Assembly: GCA_012521875.1 (NCBI GenBank)
Contig: JAAYLN010000006.1
Location: 1 to 44,913 of the forward strand
DNA: 44,913 bases
From: Lentisphaerota bacterium
Lineage (GTDB): Bacteria > Verrucomicrobiota > Kiritimatiellia > RFP12 > JAAYLN01
Direction of reading: 5' to 3'
The notes beneath the pieces are model-generated. The model had not been told where the DNA came from. It saw nothing but the letters and a program-made list of their open reading frames with translations, and made no database searches. This document shows positions 31,479-41,170 of this stretch, in pieces. A program made the translations under genes and the position numbers. Positions within the stretch are counted from its first letter, which is position 1. The number at the start of each line of letters is the position of its first letter.

Positions 31479-31488
31479 ACCGTAGTCC

Positions 31489-32091
31489 TCACGGCTTCCC
31501 GGCTTCCGCCGACGGCTTCTCCGCCGCCTCGGGCCGGATGCCCAGCAGCGTCATGATATTGGTGGTGATGTTCAGCGGCGGCGCGGCATAGAGCACGCCC
31601 GAGACAGCACCAAGTTTCTCGCCCGGCAACTGCAGCACGAGGTCGATCTTCTTGGCTCTGGCATAGCCGGCAATCGCATCCTCGATTTCGGACGCGGTGC
31701 GCTTCAGCATGCGCACCTCCTGCTCGGTAAGCTGGCGCTGGAGCGCGCGCACCCTCTCGCTCATCTCGCGCTCGGCATTGAGCGCCGCGGTGCGCCGCTT
31801 CAACGCCTCATCCTCGGCCTTCTTCTTGGCCTTCTCGCTCAGGGCGGGGTTCTGCACCTCCTTGACAGCCTCTTCAAAGGCGTCACGTGCCTTCTCGAAG
31901 CGTTCCTTGAGTTCTTCCTTCTCGGCAGTGAACTCCTTGAGCGTCTGCTCCAGCAGCTTCTTGTCGGCCGCCGTGTTGGGGTGCAGACTTACCAGTTCTT
32001 CAAGATCGACCACGGCAATCGTGGGCGCCTGACCAAAAACCGTGCCCGCCAGACAAGCTGTGGCCAGCAGTATTAAAACGCAGTTTCGCAT
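31489..32091 (-). CDS. skp: OmpH/Skp periplasmic chaperone
   Basis: Signal peptide, IAVVDL, long coiled coil, IDLVL, NIT; upstream of lpxD. Confidence 0.82.
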   Translation of the reverse strand: MRNCVLILLATACLAGTVFGQAPTIAVVDLEELVSLHPNTAADKKLLEQTLKEFTAEKEELKERFEKARDAFEEAVKEVQNPALSEKAKKKAEDEALKRRTAALNAEREMSERVRALQRQLTEQEVRMLKRTASEIEDAIAGYARAKKIDLVLQLPGEKLGAVSGVLYAAPPLNITTNIMTLLGIRPEAAEKPSAEAGKP

Positions 32092-32131
32092 GATGACTCC
32101 TCAATCCCGCAACAAATTACGGTAAATTGGT

Positions 32132-32160
32132 ATTGTGACAGGTGAGCCCCCGGAATACAA
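32132..32160 (-). promoter_or_regulatory. Putative promoter of skp-lpxD-galE
   Basis: Minus strand TTGTAT, 17 nt, CACAAT with TG extended -10. Confidence 0.45.
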
Positions 32161-32199
32161 GCGGGAACTGGCCCAGGTGCGGACGGCGGACGGGGTTGA

Positions 32200-32549
32200 T
32201 TCAGGGGTTCAGGGTTCAGCCGCGCCACTGGCGACCGACGGTCGCCAGTTAGAACAGGCCAGAGACGCCACTTTGTCGCTTTGTCGGTAACGTTGTCGGT
32301 AACGTTGTCGAAAGCTAAGAGTAAGCGGGGTGGAATAAGACCAACATGCCGTTTAAGAGTGAGATTAAGAGAGGGTTTAAGTGGGTGCTTCGCGCTTACA
32401 CCTTGTTTCCACAGAAGCGGCCGAGGTTGAGCATCCAGGCATTAGGTTTGATCCTTGCTGGATACTACTACGGTAGCGACGATCAAGCTGTAGAATTGGA
32501 CGATAATGCCCAGATATTTAAGCTCACGTAAAGGCGCGAAGGCGCGAAG
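32200..32549. repeat. Composite repeat nest D
   Basis: GGGTTCA 7-mers, TGGCGACCGACGGTCGCCA hairpin, TTGTCG module, TTAAG module plus 13-mer (32317-32412), AAGGCGCG 9-mers. Confidence 0.85.
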
Positions 32550-32571
32550 AATGGGAACCGCGAATGGACTA

Positions 32572-33591
32572 CTACCATATCCCCTTGCGCTTGAACTCGC
32601 GCATCATGGTGCTCAGCAGCGTGTAGGTGAGACCGGCATCCACCTCGCAACCCGCCCGCAGGCGCGTGTCTTCCGACTTAACCTGTATCGACTGCGCCAG
32701 CGTGGCCCATTGGGGGTCGGATTGCGCACGGTACGTCAGCATGGCCTGCATAGCAGTGAGAACTCCCGCCATGCTGGCCGCCGAGGCCTCGTCGGCCCCC
32801 TGTGCCACCATGTTGATGCCCAGGCGATCCTGCCTCATGCGCCCCATCTGGACCATGATAGCCTGCGCCTGCAGCAGCATGGCGCCATCGGGCACCAGTT
32901 CCATCAGGGCCGTACCGTCACGCGCCCCCAGCACCAGCAGCGCGGCGGGACTCGCACGCGTCATCCCGCCGAAGGCGCGGGTAGTATCCGGCGGCACACC
33001 CGGCCTGGCCAGCGCCCTGGCCACTGCCGCGACGCCTTCGGGGGTCTCCCCGACCAGCAGCCGCCGCTCGCCGGGAATGTGCAGAATGCAGGTTTCACCC
33101 GAACTGGCGCCCTCGTAGCGCAGGAGCTCCAGCCCCTGTACCGTCAGCTTGCGCAACCCCGGCAGCGTCTGGATGGTCTGCAGCAGCCTGGCGCGGTTCC
33201 ATGCGCCATCGATAATGGCCGTGGTGCCCTTGTCGCCGCCGAGCGACATCACCTGCACCCGGTACACATCGGTGGTCGCGTTGATCCCCGCGAGCTGCGC
33301 CAGCCCCTGCAACCGCTGGAAACGGGCACCGCCGAAGCGTCCCTCGCGCGACAAGCGCTGGAAGACGGGCAATGCCGCAAGATGCGCTGCCCGGGCGTCA
33401 ACCACCCATGCCGTACCCTCCGGCACACCCTCCAGCGAGACACCGCGCGCCTGCTGCTGGTTGCCCAGAACCGGCACCGAAAGCAGCAATGCCAGCGCCA
33501 TGCACCACCCACGTACCGCGAGAGAACGCAGATACCGTTCACCGCAGCGGTGCGCTCCAGCCGATACGTACTTAAAAGCCTTGTTAGTCAT
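32572..33591 (-). CDS. Exported hypothetical protein
   Basis: ATG 33591 preceded by GGGAG; hydrophobic leader; ORF-track extension to 33735 lies in repeats. Confidence 0.75.
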   Translation of the reverse strand: MTNKAFKYVSAGAHRCGERYLRSLAVRGWCMALALLLSVPVLGNQQQARGVSLEGVPEGTAWVVDARAAHLAALPVFQRLSREGRFGGARFQRLQGLAQLAGINATTDVYRVQVMSLGGDKGTTAIIDGAWNRARLLQTIQTLPGLRKLTVQGLELLRYEGASSGETCILHIPGERRLLVGETPEGVAAVARALARPGVPPDTTRAFGGMTRASPAALLVLGARDGTALMELVPDGAMLLQAQAIMVQMGRMRQDRLGINMVAQGADEASAASMAGVLTAMQAMLTYRAQSDPQWATLAQSIQVKSEDTRLRAGCEVDAGLTYTLLSTMMREFKRKGIW

Positions 33592-33650
33592 TCGTGTTTC
33601 TCCCTGAATCCCGGGCTGAGACACCTCTTCAGGTGCCCATCTTTCGTGTT

Positions 33651-34833
33651 CGACAAAGTGTTGAGACAAGGTGTGGAGACAAGGTGTAAGTGCGAAGCAC
33701 CCACTTAAACCCACTCTTAAACTCTTAATCGGCACACTTAAACCACCCGCTTACTCTTCCGCTGCGACTATGATGGGACGAATGGGACGTAGGTACGACG
33801 GGATTTTCTCCACCCCATGCGCTCCCCATCTGCACGCGGCGGGGACGCCGCGTCTACCAGACGGCACTGCCTACTGCTACTGCCCACTGCCTACTGCCAT
33901 TGCCGCCGTCCTGCAGGGCAGCGGCAATACTGAACCCTTACCCCTGCACAAACCGGAGGTTTATGCAAGCGTCTCCCGGTATATTAGTTATCCGCTTCCA
34001 ATACTGCAAGGTTTGTGTAATCGGATGGAGCGATGGAGCGAAAAAGCACCAACGGCGCGCCCCATCCCAGCCTAGTACTGGGGTGAAGCACTAGGACTGT
34101 CGGCGAATTGAGAAAACAAGGGCTGGAAGCCCGGCCTATCATCCGGACATCAGCCCGTTTTCCCCGAACTATATCCCGCCCCTTCAGGGCTAGTCATTTT
34201 TTGCCCCTTTCCCCAGGGCGTTGCCCTGGGCTGGTATATCACGCCCCTTCAGGGCTGCCCCAGAGTGGCGCGGACATTCCTGTCTGCGCGGGACTGCGCG
34301 GGCAGGCAGGAATGCCTGCCCCACACTAGTCTGAAACACCATCAGCCGCTCTCTCTCTCGCTTTCGACAAAGCGTAGGGACGAAGTGCAGAGACGAAGCG
34401 TAGCCGACAAAGTGCGGAGACAAAGTGTGGAGACAAGGTGTTGATTGAGACAAGGTGTTGAGACAAAGTGTAAGTGCGAAGCACGCACTTAAACCCTCTC
34501 TTAATCTCACTCTTAATCGGCACGCTTAAACCACCCGCTTAATCTTCCGCTGCGGCTATGATGAGACAAATGGGACGCAGGTGTGGCGGTGCCGTTCTCC
34601 ACCCCATGCGCCCACATCTGCACGCGGCGGGGACGCCGCGTCTACCAGACGGCACTGCCTACTGCCACTGCCTACTGCCTCTGGCACCGGGCGGCGAAAG
34701 AGCAGCGCAGCGCTTTTACCCTCTAAATTGCGAGCCACTGTGTGGTCGCAATAATCGTCCCTGCCCACTGCCTACTGCCACTGCCACTGCCTACTGCCAC
34801 TGCCTACTGGCCGCCGCCCTGCGGGGCGGCGGC
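33651..34833. repeat. Composite repeat nest E, containing a ~220-bp direct duplication
   Basis: 33661-33877 matches 34445-34665; also CCCAGGGCGTTGCCCTGGG element 34168-34256, REP doublet 34265-34325, reverse 13-mer array 34364-34471, reverse TTGCGACCAC hairpin 34702-34754, TACTGCC arrays. Confidence 0.92.
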
Positions 34834-35601
34834 CTCCCACGCGCACCGCGCGGCATGCAGGGCGATGGCTGCCGCGCTGACCACATTGAGCGAGTTCTTG
34901 CGTCCGAAGACGGGAATGCGCACGCAGGCATCGGCCTGCGCCACAAGCTCCGCATCGAGACCGAAGCGCTCGTTGCCCAGCAGCAGGGCGCAGGGGAAAC
35001 TCCATTGGAACGCCGTCAATCCGGTGGCACCAGCGACCGTCTCCAGCGCCACGACGCACCGTCCACTGCGGCGCAGTTCCGCGAGCGCCCCGGCGGCACG
35101 CGCGGCGGAGCGCCACGGTACAAGCTGATCGGCACCCAGCGCCGCCTCGGTCACGTGCGGATGCTCCGGCGTGGCCGAGTAGCCGCAGAGCCAGAGCGCC
35201 TCCGCACCGAAGCACTCGGCAGTGCGGAAGAGTCCGCCGATGTTAAAGGCCGAGCGTAGCGAGTCGGCCACAAGAACCAGCGGCATGCGGGCGGCGGGAG
35301 GCTGTTCCGCCGGCGCGTCGCGGTCGAGGATCTGGACATCGGTGACGCGCCGCCGCGCCACCTCGCGCTCCACGGGCACGAGCACGCTCGTCAGGCGGGC
35401 GCGATCGGCTTCGGGATCGACCAGCCGGGCGAGCTGGCAGAGTCGCGGCACGGCGGTCTGCGCCTCCAGCCAGTGGCGGCACTCCAGCAGGGCGCGCCGG
35501 CGCGCGGCGAGATCATCCCAGCACGCCTCGATGGCCAGGAGACGCTTCAGCGCCTGCCTCCAGGCGCGCGCCGCTGTCGCCTCGTCCGGCATGGGCATCA
35601 C
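34804..35601 (-). CDS. TrmH/SpoU family RNA methyltransferase
   Basis: DSLRSAFNIGGLFRTAECFG, LLGNERFGL, IPVFGRKNSLNV; ~100-aa N-terminal extension; GTGA overlap with gspG. Confidence 0.85.
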   Translation of the reverse strand: MMPMPDEATAARAWRQALKRLLAIEACWDDLAARRRALLECRHWLEAQTAVPRLCQLARLVDPEADRARLTSVLVPVEREVARRRVTDVQILDRDAPAEQPPAARMPLVLVADSLRSAFNIGGLFRTAECFGAEALWLCGYSATPEHPHVTEAALGADQLVPWRSAARAAGALAELRRSGRCVVALETVAGATGLTAFQWSFPCALLLGNERFGLDAELVAQADACVRIPVFGRKNSLNVVSAAAIALHAARCAWEAAAPQGGGQ

Positions 35602-36071
35602 AGCGACGAGCTGCTCAGGTCGGCATCCAGGCCTTCACCGCCCGGCTGGCCGTCGGCGCCGTAACAGACGATCTCGAAGGGCTCGCGCGAACGGCCTGGC
35701 ACGAGGTAGAGGTAGTCGTTGTCCCAGGGATCGCGCGGCAGCGAGGTGCGGTCCAGATAGCCGCCCGGACGCCAGCGGGCGGGAACGGGCGGCGTTGTGG
35801 GCCTCTCGACGAGGGCCTGCAAGCCCTGGCGCTGGGTAGGGAGGGTGCCATTGTCGTCCAGATAGAGCTGCAGGGCGGTCTTGAAGGCGGCAAGGTCGCT
35901 CTTGGCGCGCGCCTGGCGCGCCTTGCCCGGCTCGTGGAGCAGATTGACCGCCACGACACCGGCCAGGATGAGCATGATCGAGACCGCTATCAGCAGCTCG
36001 ATTAGCGAGAAGCCATGGCGCCGCCTCTGCGGCGCACGCGCGATAACAAGGCGTTTCATGCTGCTTTCCAC
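35598..36071 (-). CDS. gspG: Type II secretion major pseudopilin GspG
   Basis: RRRHG|FSLIELL prepilin site, LPTQRQGLQALV, DPWDNDY, YGADGQPGGEGLDAD; GTG after AGGAG. Confidence 0.9.
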   Translation of the reverse strand: MESSMKRLVIARAPQRRRHGFSLIELLIAVSIMLILAGVVAVNLLHEPGKARQARAKSDLAAFKTALQLYLDDNGTLPTQRQGLQALVERPTTPPVPARWRPGGYLDRTSLPRDPWDNDYLYLVPGRSREPFEIVCYGADGQPGGEGLDADLSSSSL

Positions 36072-36080
36072 CGTAAGCTC

Positions 36081-38348
36081 CTAGATGTCGCGTATCCCGC
36101 GCATGCGCTCCCGCGGGGGCGTCGGGAAGGCGCGCAGCCAGGCGTAAAAGGCGATGCGGTACTTGTCCTCGCGCACGCTGCCGTCGTCACGCGTGAAACC
36201 TGGGTAGAAGCTGCCGCGCAGACGGAAGGAGATGCAATCAAGGTTGTACTGGATGTAGCCCGACTGCTCCTCGAGGCGCGAGGTCTCGGCCTCGTAGCGG
36301 GAGTAGATGTTGAACGACCACTTCTCGGAGAGCGCGAAGGTCAGGCTGCCGGCAAAGAGCGTGCTGTCCTCGGGACGGTAGAGCATCTGCCCGGCGGCCT
36401 CCCAGAGCTCGTTGTTCCAGAGGGTGACCCAGGTGTTGATCTCGTCGATATCCTCCTCCTCCACATCGTAAGCGCCGTCGAGCTGGAAGCGGATGCCGTC
36501 GACCGGACGGAAGCGGCTCTTGAGACCGATGGTGCGCAGGCCCGACTCGTCATTGGCATCCTCGATGTCGTATATGCCGTAGATATCGGCATCCAGCAGG
36601 ACGCGGATCGCGTCGCCGACGCGGCGCTGGACCTGGTGGCGGGTACCGAAGCGGACGTCGTGCCGCTTGTCGAGCTTGTCCACGCTGTCGAACTGCATGA
36701 GCTGCCAGGGGCGCAGGTTGGGTTCCGGCACGAAGGTGTAGTTCAGGTAGGGCTCGACGACGTGGCGGAAACGGTCGTCCACATCGCCATAGAGGCCGTA
36801 GGCCTTGAACGAGGCCTCGGCACCCAGCTCGAACATGCTGCGCAGCGCGGCACCGTCGTCGACGAGCGGCATGGCGGCGCCGTTGGTGACGCCGGGAGAG
36901 TCCATCATGTCCTCGAAGGTGTCGCCGTAGTAGGTGCCGCGGTAGGCGGCGCGCGGCACGAAGCTGATGAAGTTCAGCACCGTGCTGGGAAGATAGACCG
37001 CCTGGCGGGTATCCAACCGCAGGGTGTCGTAGGCCTCGGCCACGGTATTGGAGGGCTGGTCGTAGTCGGCGAACTCGCGCTGGAGCCAGCCGCCGCGGCT
37101 CTGGCTCTCGTAGTAGACGGGCGAGTCGAGGATGTCGGTACGGTAGACGTCGAACCAGGCCTCCGGCAACCGGTTGACGGTATCGTAGAACTCGTTGGCG
37201 CGGTGGTAGGCGCCGAGGCCGAAGCTGTAGCCGTCGCCGGTATGCGTGTAGGCGGCAAAGGAGTCGGGCTGCACGAGCTCGCGGTACTCGTCCTCGTAGA
37301 AGTCCTCGAGCAGGTAGCTGTCGCTCAGGTAACTGGTGCGCAGAGTCAGGAAGTCGCGCGGCGAGAGGGTGGAGTCGTGGCGGAAGGTGAAGCGGTAGCG
37401 CGAATCCTCGACGATGTCGCGCCGCGGGTCGCGGTCCCAGTCCTCGTCCATGGGCTTGTCGTCCGCGATGTAGTAGATCGAGACGAACCCCTTGTGGCCG
37501 GCATCGGGCGGGCCGAAATGCCAGGCCAGATCCTGCCCCAGGGCAAAGCCGCGCTCGGTGCGGTAGTCTATATGGGTCCGCGAATCGAGGCTGTCCTTGA
37601 ACTCGCCGCCGAAGTCGATGAGCTGGCGCTTGTAGGTTGCGAGCAGGAAGGCGCCCCAGTCCGACTCGTATCCCGGCTCGAAGCGCCAGCCGTAGTGCTC
37701 GTCGAGCTCGCGGCGCCAGTACGGCAAGTAGAAGAAGGGCACGCCCATGAAGTAGGGTGTGACGCCGGATAGCGCGACGTAGTCGTCCGGGCGCATCTCG
37801 GCCTTGCGGCCGCGCACGTGGTAGTGCAGGCGTCCGACGGGGTTGGTGCAGGTGGTGACAATGGTCTCGTGCATGGCATAGCTGCCGTCGGGCCGCCGCT
37901 TCGCCTCCTCGGCGATGACGCGGAAGGCGCCGTTGCTGTAGGTGCCCATCTGCAGATCGATGCGCGGGGTGAGTCCCTCGCCGGTCTTGAAGTTGTAGAC
38001 CAGCCGGTCCGTCCGCGTGGCCGCCTGGCCCTGGCGTATCAGGATCACGTTGCCTTCGGCCACGATATCGCCGGTATCCTTGTTCACGCGTATCCGGTCG
38101 GCCGTGATCTGCGTGTCGCCCTGGCGCACGGTGACATTCCCGGTGGCCGTCACCCACCCTTCCCGCGCGGCCGAGAAGTTGTCGGCCTGGATGTCGACCG
38201 GGGCTTCCCGCTCGGCACGCGAGGGCACAAGCCCCGCACCATGGCCCCGGGCCGCCCACAGGCCCAGAGCCAGTATGCACACGAGTCCAACAACTGCTCT
38301 ACGTACCGTCATAGCCTTCCTTCTGTTCATGCTGCCGTTGCGTCCCAT
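36081..38348 (-). CDS. lptD: LPS-assembly protein LptD
   Basis: Signal peptide, OstA-like N-domain (IQAD, ATGNV, ITADRI, AEGNV), TTC, GVPFFYLPY, beta-barrel C-terminus. Confidence 0.85.
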   Translation of the reverse strand: MGRNGSMNRRKAMTVRRAVVGLVCILALGLWAARGHGAGLVPSRAEREAPVDIQADNFSAAREGWVTATGNVTVRQGDTQITADRIRVNKDTGDIVAEGNVILIRQGQAATRTDRLVYNFKTGEGLTPRIDLQMGTYSNGAFRVIAEEAKRRPDGSYAMHETIVTTCTNPVGRLHYHVRGRKAEMRPDDYVALSGVTPYFMGVPFFYLPYWRRELDEHYGWRFEPGYESDWGAFLLATYKRQLIDFGGEFKDSLDSRTHIDYRTERGFALGQDLAWHFGPPDAGHKGFVSIYYIADDKPMDEDWDRDPRRDIVEDSRYRFTFRHDSTLSPRDFLTLRTSYLSDSYLLEDFYEDEYRELVQPDSFAAYTHTGDGYSFGLGAYHRANEFYDTVNRLPEAWFDVYRTDILDSPVYYESQSRGGWLQREFADYDQPSNTVAEAYDTLRLDTRQAVYLPSTVLNFISFVPRAAYRGTYYGDTFEDMMDSPGVTNGAAMPLVDDGAALRSMFELGAEASFKAYGLYGDVDDRFRHVVEPYLNYTFVPEPNLRPWQLMQFDSVDKLDKRHDVRFGTRHQVQRRVGDAIRVLLDADIYGIYDIEDANDESGLRTIGLKSRFRPVDGIRFQLDGAYDVEEEDIDEINTWVTLWNNELWEAAGQMLYRPEDSTLFAGSLTFALSEKWSFNIYSRYEAETSRLEEQSGYIQYNLDCISFRLRGSFYPGFTRDDGSVREDKYRIAFYAWLRAFPTPPRERMRGIRDI

Positions 38349-39931
38349 TATGCACTTTTATGCTCGCCAACGGAATAGAGGACTTTGCCCGTGGCGTCGA
38401 GGATCTCGAACGACTCCGGATGCCGCAGCGGCTCGGACTTGAAGCTGAGGTGTCCCTTGTACTGCTGCTGCAGTTCCACCAGCATGGCCTCGTCCTCGCG
38501 GCGCAGGCGGTCGAGCACCGTTGGTGCCACAAGGATCTGCAGGTCGATCTCGCGTCCGTCCTTGCGGCACTTGCGCATGACGCCGGCGATCTGGCGCTGG
38601 ATGTCGGCGCTCAGGGCGAGCGCGGACTTGATCACGCCGTGCCCGCGACAGTAGGGGCAGTCCTCGTAGCTCTGCGCCAGCAGGCTCTCCTCCTGGCGCT
38701 GGCGGGTGAGTTCCATGATCCCCAGCTCGGAGATCGGCATCACATTGGTACGCGCCTTGTCGCGCTTGAGCGCCGCCTTCATCGCCTTGTAGACCGCTGT
38801 CTGGTGCTTGCGCGACTTCATGTCGATCAGGTCTATCACGACCAGCCCGCCGACATTGCGCAGGCGCAGTTGCCGCGCGACCTCCTCGACCGCCTCGAGA
38901 TTGACTTCGAGGATGGCCTCCTCCTGCGAGCCCTTGCCCTTGTGGCGGCCCGTGTTGACGTCGATAGCGATAAGCGCCTCGGTCTCGTCGAAGACGAGAT
39001 AGCCGCCGCACTTGAGGTTTACCTTGCGCCGGAAGGCCTCGTCGAGCTGGCCCTCGATGCCGCGGTTCTCGAAGATCGGCAACTGTCCGTCGTAGCACTG
39101 AATCAGGTTGCGCGCGTGGCGCGAGATGCGCGCGGCCACGCCGCGGATGCGCTCGTAGGACTCCCGGTTGTCGATGACCACGCGGTCGATGTCCTCGGTG
39201 AGCCAGTCGCGCACGACGCGCTCGATCAGGTCGGGCTCCTGGTAGACGCAGGCGGGTGCCTTGAGGTCGCGCATGTTGGCCTGCATATCCTGCCAGATGG
39301 CGAGCAGTCCGCGCAGGTCGCGCACGAAGGCGCTCTTGGAGGCTCCGGCACCGATGGTGCGGACGATCAGCCCGATCTCCTGTGGCAGGGGCAGGCGGTC
39401 GAGGATCTTCTTCAGGCGCTGGCGCTCCTTGGCATCGCCGATCTTGCGCGAGACGCCGCGCAGGTGGCAGCCCGGCATCATCACCAGATAGCGCCCCGGC
39501 ACGCTGAGGCTGGCGGTAACGCGCGGCCCCTTGGTGCCGATCGGACTCTTGGTGATCTGGACGGTGATCTCGGAACCGATCGGGAAGCGCTTGGTGATCT
39601 GCTCGTTCGTCAGGCGCTTGCGGCGCTGCGAACGCTGCGGCACGTCGTCATTCTCGCTCATGCGGCTCTCGTCGTCCGGGAACATGTCCCAGTAGTGCAG
39701 GAAGGCGTTCTTCTTGAGGCCGATATCCACAAAGGCCGCCTGCAGGTCGTGCTCCAGATTCTGGATACGTCCCTTGTAGATGCTCCCGACGAGGCGCTCC
39801 TCCATCGGGTGCTCCACCTGGAACTCCTCTACCTTTCCGTTTTCAACCACGGCCACGCGGGTCTCGAGTTTCTCCGCGTTCACAATGATCTCGCGCCTGG
39901 CCGCGTTTTTTCTCGTTAGCCACTTAAGCAT
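38348..39931 (-). CDS. rng: Rne/Rng family ribonuclease (RNase G-like)
   Basis: GSIYKGRI, AAFVDIG..KNAFLH, TKGPRVT, IAIDVNTG, LRLRNVGG..VIDLIDM, CPYCRG. Confidence 0.93.
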   Translation of the reverse strand: MLKWLTRKNAARREIIVNAEKLETRVAVVENGKVEEFQVEHPMEERLVGSIYKGRIQNLEHDLQAAFVDIGLKKNAFLHYWDMFPDDESRMSENDDVPQRSQRRKRLTNEQITKRFPIGSEITVQITKSPIGTKGPRVTASLSVPGRYLVMMPGCHLRGVSRKIGDAKERQRLKKILDRLPLPQEIGLIVRTIGAGASKSAFVRDLRGLLAIWQDMQANMRDLKAPACVYQEPDLIERVVRDWLTEDIDRVVIDNRESYERIRGVAARISRHARNLIQCYDGQLPIFENRGIEGQLDEAFRRKVNLKCGGYLVFDETEALIAIDVNTGRHKGKGSQEEAILEVNLEAVEEVARQLRLRNVGGLVVIDLIDMKSRKHQTAVYKAMKAALKRDKARTNVMPISELGIMELTRQRQEESLLAQSYEDCPYCRGHGVIKSALALSADIQRQIAGVMRKCRKDGREIDLQILVAPTVLDRLRREDEAMLVELQQQYKGHLSFKSEPLRHPESFEILDATGKVLYSVGEHKSA

Positions 39932-39964
39932 GCTCAACTCCGTTTCCTTCGTCCGGGCTCCGCA

Positions 39965-41170
39965 TCAGTAGATGTCCACCTGCGCGCGCTCCCGGCGCGC
40001 ATGGACCGCCACGCTCTGTAGCAGGCCCGTGGCCACAATGGCCGTCAACATAAAAGTTCTGCCGTAGCTGATAAACGGCAACGGCAATCCGGTAACCGGC
40101 AGCAGCCCGATGGTCATCGCGATGTTGATGAACACATGGCAGAAGAACAGGGCTGCGACACCCGTGCCCAGCAGCCGGCCGGGGCCGTCCCGGCTGGCCG
40201 CCGCCACCTGCAATGCGGAGACGATAACCCCCGCATAGAGGAGCAGCACACACAATGCACCTGCATATCCAGTCTCCTCGGCCAGAACCGAGAAGATGAA
40301 ATCGTTGGCCGACACCTGCTGGGGCAGGTAGCCCAGCAGATTCTGGTCGCCCTTGAGGAACCCCTTGCCCCAGAGGCCGCCCGAGCCGATGGCGATCTGC
40401 GATTGCCGGCGGTTCCAGCCGCGGTTGAGCGGATCGCGGTCGGGGTAGAGCACGTCCACGATGCGGTCGCGCTGGTAGTCGCCCAGGAAGAAGGTGGCCT
40501 GCCGCGCGGCCCGGCGCAGGCCCGCGGGCGTCCCGGGGCTCTCCTGCAGCGTGATGGCGCCGACCACCAGCGCCACCGCCAGCAGGCCCGCCGCCACGGT
40601 GCCGAACCAGACCCGCGGCGCCGTGCCGGCCGCGAAAAGCATCAGCAGCAGCACGGGGCCGAAGACCAGCGCCGTGCCCAGATCGGGCTGCATCAGGATC
40701 AGGGCCACCAGCACTGCCGCCAGCAGCAGCGCCAGCAGGAACTCCCAGATGTCCTGCCGCGCCTCCGGCCGCCCCAGCATCTGTGCCAGCACCAGAATCA
40801 GCGCCAGCTTGGCAAGCTCCGAGGGCTGGAAGCCGAAGACCCAGCGCGTGGCACCCATGCGTGTATCGCCGAAGAGCAGCACCGCCACCAGCAGCAGCAG
40901 CGAAACAAGGTAGATGAGCCACGACCACCGCAGGATGTGGCGGTAGTCTATGTAGGCCATGGCCAGCACGACGAAGATCCCCGCGACCGCCGTCTTGGCA
41001 TGGCCGATGTACTGCGACTGCAGCTTGACGCTGTCGCGGATCGAGTTGGCGCTGTATATGAAGCAGACGCCGATAGCCATCAGGGCGATCACGCAGAGCA
41101 GCAGCGTCAGGTTCATGTGGCGCAGGCGCCCGAGCCCGAACGGCAGCCGGTCGATGAAGTCGCGCCTCAT
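39965..41170 (-). CDS. rodA: SEDS rod shape protein RodA
   Basis: GATRW, FQPSELAK, QPDLGTA, QSQIAIGSGGLWGKG, NDFIFSVLAEE, PVTGLPLPFISYG; start ATG 41170 overlapping the mrdA stop. Confidence 0.93.
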   Translation of the reverse strand: MRRDFIDRLPFGLGRLRHMNLTLLLCVIALMAIGVCFIYSANSIRDSVKLQSQYIGHAKTAVAGIFVVLAMAYIDYRHILRWSWLIYLVSLLLLVAVLLFGDTRMGATRWVFGFQPSELAKLALILVLAQMLGRPEARQDIWEFLLALLLAAVLVALILMQPDLGTALVFGPVLLLMLFAAGTAPRVWFGTVAAGLLAVALVVGAITLQESPGTPAGLRRAARQATFFLGDYQRDRIVDVLYPDRDPLNRGWNRRQSQIAIGSGGLWGKGFLKGDQNLLGYLPQQVSANDFIFSVLAEETGYAGALCVLLLYAGVIVSALQVAAASRDGPGRLLGTGVAALFFCHVFINIAMTIGLLPVTGLPLPFISYGRTFMLTAIVATGLLQSVAVHARRERAQVDIY

